A model generated the notes under the pieces. That model saw nothing but the letters and a program-made list of their open reading frames with translations. It was not told where the DNA came from and did no database searches. From a virus (taxonomy: Duplodnaviria > Heunggongvirae > Uroviricota > Caudoviricetes), in the IMG/VR virus record IMGVR_UViG_3300015214_000024, positions 361,787 to 425,786 of that record: a stretch of DNA of 64,000 nucleotides. The stretch is one strand, 5' to 3'. The position numbers and the translations under genes were made by a program. Each line of letters starts with the position of its first letter. The first letter of the stretch is position 1. Positions 49,617-58,141 of the stretch are shown piece after piece.

Positions 49617-50345
49617 TTAAGAAAATTTCTTAACTTCTTTACCATCTTGGGTTTTAGCAGCTTCCTTAACAATTGTAGTTTTAGGAATAGTATAATCTGC
49701 TTCAATTTCGTTAGCCATTTCTGTCTTACTTACATCATTGAACCATTCTTCAACAATCTCGTCATCAACCAAACCAGTATAGCCATTTTGTTTCAAGTAT
49801 TGCACGAAAAGATGATTATAGTCAAGTTCAAAGGAAAATCCATCAATGCCATCTTCCGGTTCATACGAACTAGATACTACTTTAATCCAAGGCTGTTCTA
49901 AAACTGTGGCCACCTTCTTTTCATATTCAAAATTTGATATTTCTCCCAAAGTGACTTGCTGCTTTAACACGGCGAGTTTATATTCTGTGGAAGTTTCACC
50001 ATATTCAAATTCAGCTTTTTTAAGCTCATATTGATGAATTGATATCTTGCCTTGATCGTAATCTAACTTCAATTTTGCCAACTGATTAGCAGTTGGGTCA
50101 TCAGATGTTTCTATGTCAATCATTGCCATCTGGAATTCGTGATCATCAATCATTCCAGAGGAAGCTTTCAAATTCAAAATGGTTTTCTTACGTTCTTTTG
50201 TTGGTTCTTCAAGTTCTAAAAGTTTAATCTCTCTATCTGTACCATCGTATTCATACGCAATACGGGCTTGATCACGAACCTTACCCTCAAGTCCCCAATG
50301 ACCTGGCAGCCATCCGAACGGAATCCATCTTTTTCTTTTAGCCAT
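49617..50345 (-). CDS. Hypothetical protein
   Basis: 242-aa ORF in operon; short helical repeats (G.I...E[FY]). Confidence 0.65.
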   Translation of the reverse strand: MAKRKRWIPFGWLPGHWGLEGKVRDQARIAYEYDGTDREIKLLELEEPTKERKKTILNLKASSGMIDDHEFQMAMIDIETSDDPTANQLAKLKLDYDQGKISIHQYELKKAEFEYGETSTEYKLAVLKQQVTLGEISNFEYEKKVATVLEQPWIKVVSSSYEPEDGIDGFSFELDYNHLFVQYLKQNGYTGLVDDEIVEEWFNDVSKTEMANEIEADYTIPKTTIVKEAAKTQDGKEVKKFS

Positions 50346-50346
50346 T

Positions 50347-50550
50347 TTAATCTGCTACCTTTTTGAAATGTTTTTTTAAATGTTCAGGAATCTTATCATA
50401 CTGATCTTGGTCAGCTAAGATGCCAAACCGCAACTCGTGTTCAAAAAATGTCGAATTTTCATCGAGGCCAACGGCTTCAATTATTGTCAACAAATCAACA
50501 GTAGATTTCACTACCTTAGTCAAGTTAGGCTTTGATTGATATGTAGCCAT
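50347..50550 (-). CDS. Hypothetical protein
   Basis: GGAG RBS; fills the operon gap. Confidence 0.6.
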   Translation of the reverse strand: MATYQSKPNLTKVVKSTVDLLTIIEAVGLDENSTFFEHELRFGILADQDQYDKIPEHLKKHFKKVAD

Positions 50551-50564
50551 ATGTTATTTCTCCA

Positions 50565-51410
50565 TTATGCCAATCCGGCGTAGAGGTGTTGCTGAAGATT
50601 GTACGTTAGACCATTATTTACACAATAATTGGCAGTATATTCGTGATTGATCTGATTGGACTTCATATCCAACAACCCTTCTTCCCAAAAGGAAATAACT
50701 TCATCAACATTTGATCGTTCACCAATCTTGATATTATCAGTAGAATATTCCTCATCAAATTTACGAGGAAATTTATTATAGATATTCATCGGGCTTACGA
50801 AAATCTGCCTACCAGTTTTATCTCTCCACTCAAAAGCCCATTCTGGTATTGAAGAATATGGCGAATCTTTATCAGCAGACATAACAAATTTTAAACAATT
50901 AGCTCGTTCTAATGTTTCAGCCCTTGGCGTTAAGTATCTAACTGGGGCACCACTCTTTTCAAGACATTTTGGGCTCACTACCAAGCAAGTCTCTTCTGGG
51001 ATTTCTGTGAAAACCGTACCATTACTTTCAATTTGAGAATATCTAAATTCCTTATTTACAGCATCAAGTAATTGCTTAATGTTCTTCTGCAACATTGGTT
51101 CGCCGCCAGAAAGCACAAATACTGCTTCTTTCTTTTCACCAGCCATATAAGGAGGAACAAAACCACCAAAGTGATCTACAATTGCAGAATTTACTTCTTT
51201 CATCAATTCATCAACAGTAAACCAATCACCATTATCAAAATAAGTATCACAAAAGCTACAAGCAAGATTGCACTTAGCAAGTCTGACGAAAAAAGCAGGA
51301 TATCCACGATATGGCCCCTCGCCTTGTAATGTCATAAATCGACTTACCACCATCAAATCGTCTCGGCCATTGAAGAACTTCTGACCAACTATGGAATTTT
51401 TACCGAACAC
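50565..51410 (-). CDS. queE: QueE-like radical SAM CDG synthase
   Basis: TLQGEGP..G.PA.FVRL..CNL.C.FCDT, SGGEPMLQ, IESNG, VSPK, QQH. Confidence 0.9.
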   Translation of the reverse strand: MFGKNSIVGQKFFNGRDDLMVVSRFMTLQGEGPYRGYPAFFVRLAKCNLACSFCDTYFDNGDWFTVDELMKEVNSAIVDHFGGFVPPYMAGEKKEAVFVLSGGEPMLQKNIKQLLDAVNKEFRYSQIESNGTVFTEIPEETCLVVSPKCLEKSGAPVRYLTPRAETLERANCLKFVMSADKDSPYSSIPEWAFEWRDKTGRQIFVSPMNIYNKFPRKFDEEYSTDNIKIGERSNVDEVISFWEEGLLDMKSNQINHEYTANYCVNNGLTYNLQQHLYAGLA

Positions 51411-52062
51411 GTTTATAACTTCCTTTTTTAAAATATCGACCTTTACTATAGCCTAAATCTATGTAAAAATCAATTTCTTCTTTTGTAATTTTCTTGTTAA
51501 TGCCGTCTTTAGTAATCCAGCATTTTCCGTAATTTGAATTCTTTTCGCCCATTCCACCAAGAGCAATATTTGCTCGGTGTTGATCGGTAAATTTCATTCC
51601 AGTCCGGGCATTAGAAATTTTCTGTCTAGTTTCTTCTGAACGGTTCTTACCTTTATGCCAATTTGACTTACCTTTATGGGTTGCAGATATTTTTGCTCTG
51701 GCTTCATCAGTATGAGTTTTTCCACGCATACCATTATTATCAATTATCTTTTGCCGAGTTTTTTCCGAAAGAGGTATGCCTTTTTGTTTTTGGCCAGATC
51801 CAACGGGACAAACATTATAGCACTGCGGATTTGGTATCTTTAAATCTGAAATTAGTTTCGACTCTGCCAGCAATGCATCATTTTCAGTTTCGAATACAAA
51901 CAAAATTTCTTTAGTGAAATTTTGTTTGCCATATTTTTTAATAGCACGAGTTATTCGAGTGCCAGATCCTAAATATAAATCATTAATATTTTCTGTAGAA
52001 TGTTTACCAATATAAAACATACCATTTAATTGATTTATCGTTTTATAAACTATATGATACAT
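51400..52062 (-). CDS. GIY-YIG homing endonuclease with NUMOD3 repeats (Seg-like)
   Basis: IVYKT.N..NGMFYIGKHST, YLGSG, YN; SEKTRQKI / TDEARAKIS / SEETRQKIS repeats. Confidence 0.9.
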   Translation of the reverse strand: MYHIVYKTINQLNGMFYIGKHSTENINDLYLGSGTRITRAIKKYGKQNFTKEILFVFETENDALLAESKLISDLKIPNPQCYNVCPVGSGQKQKGIPLSEKTRQKIIDNNGMRGKTHTDEARAKISATHKGKSNWHKGKNRSEETRQKISNARTGMKFTDQHRANIALGGMGEKNSNYGKCWITKDGINKKITKEEIDFYIDLGYSKGRYFKKGSYKRVR

Positions 52063-52067
52063 ATATC

Positions 52068-52625
52068 TCAAATCAAACAAAATTTAAAATCAAGCAACCC
52101 ACATTCTTTGCTACGAAAAATTTGACCGTCGCGTTCCATAATAACCAATGCACCAATTGTTATATATCTTGATTGTCCAATATTAGACGATATTTCAGAT
52201 ACTAATAACGATTTACTTGGTGATTTTACTAATTCATTCTTAATAGACTGAATTGATCTTTCCATATCCATCTTATCAAATTTTTTGAATGGAAAATCCG
52301 TTGTAAAAATTTCTATTTTTACTGATAACGAAAATGGTCCTGATGATAATGTCTTATGATAATTTATCCATCCATAATTATGTAGAATATTCAAGCATTT
52401 TACAACATCGGCATAATTAATTTTTAATAATTTAGCTATATCTTCATCAATTACTTGACCTAAATTTTTGCCTACAACTTCTTTACCTAGAAAATATTTA
52501 ATTTTTTCCATATTTGACCAACGGCGATAATCAGTTGAAATTTGATTTCTAATCCATTCAGAAAGATTATTGAAGCCATAATCAGCAATTCTCCCTGTAA
52601 TCCACCCAATAAACCATTCTAACAT
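52068..52625 (-). CDS. Hypothetical protein, possible tandem winged-helix
   Basis: IAKLLKINYADV..CL..L...GWI and EISSNIG...L..MERDG.I patterns; promoter TTGAAA-17-TATAGT at 52649-52677. Confidence 0.5.
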   Translation of the reverse strand: MLEWFIGWITGRIADYGFNNLSEWIRNQISTDYRRWSNMEKIKYFLGKEVVGKNLGQVIDEDIAKLLKINYADVVKCLNILHNYGWINYHKTLSSGPFSLSVKIEIFTTDFPFKKFDKMDMERSIQSIKNELVKSPSKSLLVSEISSNIGQSRYITIGALVIMERDGQIFRSKECGLLDFKFCLI

Positions 52626-52684
52626 AATTTTTCCTCGAACAAGTTTTCACTATAACAAATAGTGACATACGTTTCAATTTCTTT

Positions 52685-52996
52685 TTATGAGAGCATCATT
52701 AATGCCATCATTATTGTTTCCCAGTTTTCTTTTACGTGTGGATTTTCGCCAATCTGTTTGATTAGCTGTCGCCGATGTTCAATAGCATCGTGGGCTAGTC
52801 CCATCATCGCTATTCTATTATTAGCCATAGCGCCAACCATATCATAAAGAACCTTTGCCTTAGCCTTAACATTTTTAAGACTATGATCAGACTCAATATA
52901 ATCGTTGAAATTATATGATCGTAATTCATTCTTAATATTGTTAGCTGCTCGTTCCAACTCATTTAGAGTTTTTATAAAATCTTCATCTGACATCAT
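52685..52996 (-). CDS. Hypothetical coiled-coil protein
   Basis: Ends NPHVKENWETIMMALMMLS, like its neighbour. Confidence 0.6.
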   Translation of the reverse strand: MMSDEDFIKTLNELERAANNIKNELRSYNFNDYIESDHSLKNVKAKAKVLYDMVGAMANNRIAMMGLAHDAIEHRRQLIKQIGENPHVKENWETIMMALMMLS

Positions 52997-52997
52997 A

Positions 52998-53294
52998 TTA
53001 TTTCACCATTGCCATAGCTGTTTCAATTGTTGCCCATAGTTCTTTTATCTGCGGATCAGTGCTTGCTTGAATAAATTTTTCAGTATGTTCGCGCAGGCCA
53101 CTGAGAACGTGGGCCATACCACACGCTATCCAAAACAACTCCGTTTTTGCATCAGCAATTTGAGTCGCCTTTTCAAGCAAATAATCTTCGATTCTTTCGC
53201 CAGTATTGATATCACGTTCTAATGCAAGATTGTCATATGTAACACTATCCAATCGATCTATTAATTTATCAAGCTCTTTCTGATATTCGTCCAC
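52998..53294 (-). CDS. Hypothetical coiled-coil protein
   Basis: GTG start overlapping upstream TAG; ends DPQIKELWATIETAMAMVK. Confidence 0.6.
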   Translation of the reverse strand: MDEYQKELDKLIDRLDSVTYDNLALERDINTGERIEDYLLEKATQIADAKTELFWIACGMAHVLSGLREHTEKFIQASTDPQIKELWATIETAMAMVK

Positions 53295-53752
53295 TATTCT
53301 TTTTCCCACGGATAAACAAGCCAAATTGGATCAATTGCCTTGTTTATCTCAACTGCATAAAAATCTGGTTTGAACAATGTTTCACCACTGTTAAAATGGA
53401 GACAAACAGACGTAGCGGTTAATAAAAATCGAGCCGACTGATCAGCTAAAGCATCGTATATTTGATGCAAAGTTTCACCACTATCACATATATCATCTAC
53501 AAAAAGCACTCTCTTTTTATAAATTGCTTTTGCGACATCTATCGGAAGTTCTTCCGGAGGCTGGCCATCACGAGTTTGCCAATTTAAACAAACTAAAGGA
53601 AGTCCTAAATGATGACTGAGTTCAACAGCAGGTACTAGGCCGCCGCGGGCGATCCCGACGACTACATCATAGTCGTCGGAATTAAGCATTGACTCCAGTT
53701 TAGTAATATCCTGGCCAAAATCTGACCAAGAGTAGTAAACTTTTGTTGTCAC
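53294..53752 (-). CDS. Type I phosphoribosyltransferase (Gpt-like)
   Basis: GIARGGLVPA, PRPP loop VLFVDDICDSGET, WLVYPWE. Confidence 0.88.
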   Translation of the reverse strand: MTTKVYYSWSDFGQDITKLESMLNSDDYDVVVGIARGGLVPAVELSHHLGLPLVCLNWQTRDGQPPEELPIDVAKAIYKKRVLFVDDICDSGETLHQIYDALADQSARFLLTATSVCLHFNSGETLFKPDFYAVEINKAIDPIWLVYPWEKE

Positions 53753-54462
53753 GAGTTATAACCTTTCATACCAGCCAAAAGCTTGTAGAATTCATCCTTA
53801 AGGGCCGCGTCGTCACGGAATTTACCACGCATAATAGCAGTAGTCATATCTGACTCGTGTTCACGGACACCACGATGTGTCATACAGTGATGTTCTGCCT
53901 TCAAAACAACAGCAACGTTTGGCGTTTCAGCAAACTTTTCCAATTCGTCAGCAATTTGAGTAGTCATTTCTTCTTGAATCTGTGGACGTTCAGCAATCCA
54001 ATGAACCAATCGATTAAACTTGGATAGTCCAATAACCTTTTCTTCAGGGAAGATTCCTACCCAACAACGTCCAACAATATTCTGGAAATGGTGTGCGCAA
54101 GTGCTGCGAATACTAATTGGTCCAGCAGTATAAACATTCTCATATCCAATGTTTGGAAATGCTGTAATCTTTGGTGCTGGAACATATCTACCACCAAATG
54201 TTTCACGCAAGAACATTTTAGCAACTCTGCGAGCAGTATCTTGGGTATTGTGATCGTTTTCTGTGTCAATAACCAAAGTTTCCAAAACTTCTTGGAATTT
54301 TGCAGTTAGTTCATCTTGAAGAAGATCCATTTCACCAGTATTGATATACTCTGAAATGTTTTTATTTGAAACAAACTCGCCGCCTGCTTCAACAATACGT
54401 TGTCTAATCTGTTTGGAAATTGGGAGTGGGGTTGATCCGCAGCAATCGTTATTATTTGTCAT
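53749..54462 (-). CDS. folE: GTP cyclohydrolase I
   Basis: T..RVAKM, STCAHH, GLSKFNR, PQIQE, AEHHCM..RG. Confidence 0.95.
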   Translation of the reverse strand: MTNNNDCCGSTPLPISKQIRQRIVEAGGEFVSNKNISEYINTGEMDLLQDELTAKFQEVLETLVIDTENDHNTQDTARRVAKMFLRETFGGRYVPAPKITAFPNIGYENVYTAGPISIRSTCAHHFQNIVGRCWVGIFPEEKVIGLSKFNRLVHWIAERPQIQEEMTTQIADELEKFAETPNVAVVLKAEHHCMTHRGVREHESDMTTAIMRGKFRDDAALKDEFYKLLAGMKGYNS

Positions 54463-54565
54463 TTTTATTTTGCTTTCCTATTTAAAAAGCAAGATTCTAA
54501 AAATATATCTCAATATTTCTTGTCTCTTGCCCGCTTATGCGATAAGTTTGACTTATTATTTTTTA

Positions 54566-54594
54566 ATTTTACATTTAGTTGGATGAAAAATCAA
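54566..54594 (-). promoter_or_regulatory. Sigma70-like promoter upstream of folE
   Basis: TTGATT-17nt-TAAAAT. Confidence 0.5.
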
Positions 54595-54600
54595 TTTATT

Positions 54601-55674
54601 TCATCCAACTAATCTGTTATACATATCAACTGGATTGATTGCGTTTTTTATAATTTCAAATCTTTGATCATAATCTTCCATATGAACATCATAATTTCTG
54701 ACGTAATCAACTATAATATCAACCAATTTATCTCTATGTGGCAAGTATGCATCAAAGCTTGTAGTCCATTCGCTTGGATATACATTTTGTGGCAAATGGA
54801 ATTCTGGATAACAGGCGCGGTTTGGTACAAGTGGTATAGCACCACACAAAACGCTTTCCATCATTCCAATGCCAAAATTCTCGTGAAGAGAACAGCTAAA
54901 TGTTACCTTTGACCTACTAAGCAAATCGTAATACTCATCTTTATTTAGATTTTCTTCCTGGGTCATTACGCCACGAATATCTGATGGTAAATGATCTCTT
55001 AAATCTCTAAAAATCTCTGGTATTTTGTCTTCATTCAATCGATGAGTGAATAAAACAACATTTTCCTTTGGAAGGCTTTTGCGATATGCTAAATTCTCCA
55101 AATAATTCATTGGCAATCCAACTGTGACTACTCTATGATGATGCTCTTCAGGTATATTTAGATTTTTCAAAAATAAATTACGATTAAAGTCTGATGCAAC
55201 ATAAACTGCATCACAAGCATAAAACCAAGCACGTTCTTGATTATGTGACCAATCTTTGCCCATTTTCATACCAAGTATGTCTGACGGGTCATACGCACCG
55301 GCGTGGCAGATTGAGTAAATTTCAATCTTGATCCCTGACAGCTCTGCCATATAGCGCAGAGCCGTGATACCAAAATGCCACAAATCTGTTACGAGGAATC
55401 GATCACCGGATTTAATATATCCTTCCTGGAACAATTTAGCAATCCGTTCAATCTGTGATGATTTATAAGCATTTGTGTGAAAGAAATCCAAAAAAGCACC
55501 AGTTGAGACTTTATCATTTCCTTGAATACCATTCGTGCCAACAGTAGCAATATTAAAATTACTACCAATCAGATCTTTATAGTATTCTAATTGGTTTGGT
55601 ATTTCAGTGTACCATTGTTTAGTATATCGAGCATCTATTGGCTCGAGCTCAACAATCCAGCAAGTATTTGCCAT
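54601..55674 (-). CDS. GT-B fold (GT4-like) glycosyltransferase
   Basis: FTHRL..DK, Ex7E motif ENFGIGMME, GAIPLVP...YPE; start moved to ATG 55674 after AAGGA. Confidence 0.8.
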   Translation of the reverse strand: MANTCWIVELEPIDARYTKQWYTEIPNQLEYYKDLIGSNFNIATVGTNGIQGNDKVSTGAFLDFFHTNAYKSSQIERIAKLFQEGYIKSGDRFLVTDLWHFGITALRYMAELSGIKIEIYSICHAGAYDPSDILGMKMGKDWSHNQERAWFYACDAVYVASDFNRNLFLKNLNIPEEHHHRVVTVGLPMNYLENLAYRKSLPKENVVLFTHRLNEDKIPEIFRDLRDHLPSDIRGVMTQEENLNKDEYYDLLSRSKVTFSCSLHENFGIGMMESVLCGAIPLVPNRACYPEFHLPQNVYPSEWTTSFDAYLPHRDKLVDIIVDYVRNYDVHMEDYDQRFEIIKNAINPVDMYNRLVG

Positions 55675-55675
55675 T

Positions 55676-56071
55676 TTATTTTCCTTGTATGACTGGTTGG
55701 AAGAAAAGGGTTGCGCCGTTTTCTCCGTCTTCCGAAACCGTAATGTTAAATGCCCGGTTTGGGTATTTTTGTGAAATTTCACCCGCAAGGTCCTCTGCAA
55801 TCATTTCGCAGCTTTTATAATCAAGCTGCAAAGTTTCCATTGAATACAAACGCTCCAACCAGCGCTTGAATTGTATAAATTCAATATCCCGGTCGTTATG
55901 CACGACATCAATTTCCACCCTAAAGTGGAAAATATGACGATGAGGAACTCCTAAAAAGCTTACATCGTCCCAATCACCAGTTGCCAATTTTGGGTCAGTA
56001 TCTGCACCTGGATACTTGTGAATACCTTCCTTCTGGAAGGTAACAAATATTGTTCTTTTTGTAACTATCAC
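55676..56071 (-). CDS. queD: QueD-like (PTPS-fold) protein
   Basis: GIH, HRHIFHF, DRDIEF, SCEMIA, VSEDGENGA; cluster context. Confidence 0.72.
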   Translation of the reverse strand: MIVTKRTIFVTFQKEGIHKYPGADTDPKLATGDWDDVSFLGVPHRHIFHFRVEIDVVHNDRDIEFIQFKRWLERLYSMETLQLDYKSCEMIAEDLAGEISQKYPNRAFNITVSEDGENGATLFFQPVIQGK

Positions 56072-56075
56072 GCTA

Positions 56076-58124
56076 TTATCCTTCATCAAATAAATCATCA
56101 AAGCTGATTTCCTGAATCACTGATGGTTCAGTGTCTTGATTTTCATCTTCAACTTCATTATCTTCAACTACATTATATAACTCATCTTCATCTTCATCAA
56201 TATATTGTGACGATTCAACTGAATTGACTTCTGCAGGCGTCATACCAAGAACATTGTTAAGAGCTTCCATATTGTCAGCCATTACTTTTGGATCAAACTT
56301 GCTGCGAATAATTTCTTCAATAGCAGCTTTACCTTCAATCATTTTCATTGGCAAATTAGTCTTAGCAACTTCAGGATTTGGATCAGTGTAATACTTTAAT
56401 CCGGTTTGAATTCCTTTAATGTGCTGTTCAACATTCATATTCATAATTGCTGAATAGCCCATTTCATCCCAAAGTGACTGCTCTTTGTAATTTCCTGCAT
56501 CAAGGCGAGCTTTAAACTGTTCTTCAGTTTCTTCTTTTTTCTTTTTAGTAGGTTTACCGTCACGATAGCAAACATCACCTACTGTGATCATTTTACCCAA
56601 TGTGGTATCATCGTGGGTTGAATAGGTTTGTTTGTCACCAATATATTGGAAAGTGAAATTTTCCCACAACTCACCACTTCTGTTTTCTGACAAATGTGAA
56701 AACATCCTACTAAGTTCCTTAGCATTCTTGTCTGGCATCACATCCATTCTAAATGCCATTTTTTGATTGTTAACTATGAAGTTACTATATCCTTTACCTT
56801 TAGCAGTGCAAAGAAATGGTGAAGCAGCATCATAAGTAACAATAAAATTAGGATTGATTTCTTTTCGTATCTCTTGTTGAATAGTAGTGTAAAGCAATCC
56901 AGCATTAATTCTACTAATACCAAGAAAATGCATTAACAATGGAACATCATCGCGAAGCTTGCCACCTTGGGATTGAGTCGTCAAAAATCCTTCATCATAC
57001 ATTATTTTTAAACGCTTCATTAACATCTGAAAGTCAAACTTCAAGTTGCCTGGGATAGCCCATCCTTCAAATGCTCGATCTCCAATAGGATTCCCTTCAA
57101 AATCGAGGGCGTTTGGATCATTGAATTTCTTGACAGCTTCCCACCAAATATCGCCTTCGCCTTGCTTTAGGCGCTTTGTTTCATTACCCTGGTCATCAGT
57201 ATAGTATTCATAATCAAGTTGCATCTGATTATCAAATACCATTATGTTTCGACCTTGTAGAACATTAAGGAATTTAGTTTCACCAACAGTTCGGTGCTTG
57301 ATGAAATATTCACAATTCCATTTAGTATGTTCCAAACAGTCATCAAACATTACACCACTATTTGGCAATTTAAAATTCGCAGTAATGTATTGACCATAAG
57401 TTTGTTTTAATATTGGGTTGTCTTTCTTACCCATATCATCATAAAAACAAACACCTGGATTGGATTCAATCAGTTTTTTAACATCATTTATCTTTGATGT
57501 TTTTTGCTTATCATCCAATGACGAATCATTGTTAATATTGGCAATAAGTGAGTTCAAAGCAACGGTATTTTCAGGAAGAGCATTAAAGTTTTTCTTGAAA
57601 ATGATGGATTTTGTATTAGTGATTGAGGTCGTTGGAATATCCAAGATCATACTATAATCAGCACTATGCTCCAACCACTTCATAATCTTATGACGAAGAC
57701 CTTTCGTATCAATGGTTAAATCATCAATAGCACCAGTTGATAGCTTGCCTTTCAAAACACCAGTACTCAACTGGTATCCACCAGAGTCGCCAACAATCAA
57801 TGTAGCTGTTCGATCTCTAGAGTGGAATACACGTTCTTTATCCTGGCCTTTTTTAATATCCAACTCAGCGTGTCCTGCTGAATACAATGCCCAAGGATAC
57901 CAAAAAACATTAGTATTAGCATTTAGGAAGTCAAAGTCGTCAAATGAATTCAAACCCACAGGGATATTACCATCCCTGAGGTTTTTCTTACTCAAACTTT
58001 TTGTATAAAAGCTGCTAATGCTTGGCAGGAAGATAGCCGCATCTTGGTTACCCGTCAAATACTCTGTAGCATTAGGGCCTTTTTTATTTTTTAATAAATC
58101 AGAAATGTCCAGTCTATCGGCCAC
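56076..58124 (-). CDS. dpdA: DpdA-like (TGT-fold) DNA guanine transglycosylase
   Basis: GDSGGYQL, MILDIP, LNVLQG, EGWA, HFLG, TYDAASP match TGT-family strand motifs; adjacent to queD/folE. Confidence 0.75.
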   Translation of the reverse strand: MADRLDISDLLKNKKGPNATEYLTGNQDAAIFLPSISSFYTKSLSKKNLRDGNIPVGLNSFDDFDFLNANTNVFWYPWALYSAGHAELDIKKGQDKERVFHSRDRTATLIVGDSGGYQLSTGVLKGKLSTGAIDDLTIDTKGLRHKIMKWLEHSADYSMILDIPTTSITNTKSIIFKKNFNALPENTVALNSLIANINNDSSLDDKQKTSKINDVKKLIESNPGVCFYDDMGKKDNPILKQTYGQYITANFKLPNSGVMFDDCLEHTKWNCEYFIKHRTVGETKFLNVLQGRNIMVFDNQMQLDYEYYTDDQGNETKRLKQGEGDIWWEAVKKFNDPNALDFEGNPIGDRAFEGWAIPGNLKFDFQMLMKRLKIMYDEGFLTTQSQGGKLRDDVPLLMHFLGISRINAGLLYTTIQQEIRKEINPNFIVTYDAASPFLCTAKGKGYSNFIVNNQKMAFRMDVMPDKNAKELSRMFSHLSENRSGELWENFTFQYIGDKQTYSTHDDTTLGKMITVGDVCYRDGKPTKKKKEETEEQFKARLDAGNYKEQSLWDEMGYSAIMNMNVEQHIKGIQTGLKYYTDPNPEVAKTNLPMKMIEGKAAIEEIIRSKFDPKVMADNMEALNNVLGMTPAEVNSVESSQYIDEDEDELYNVVEDNEVEDENQDTEPSVIQEISFDDLFDEG

Positions 58125-58141
58125 GTGTCTTTATCCTTTTA

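Noticed and set aside
54463-54560. Known preQ1 or THF-II riboswitch upstream of folE
   Set aside because: Conserved cores of those classes were not recognisable by eye; kept only as a weak structured-leader candidate
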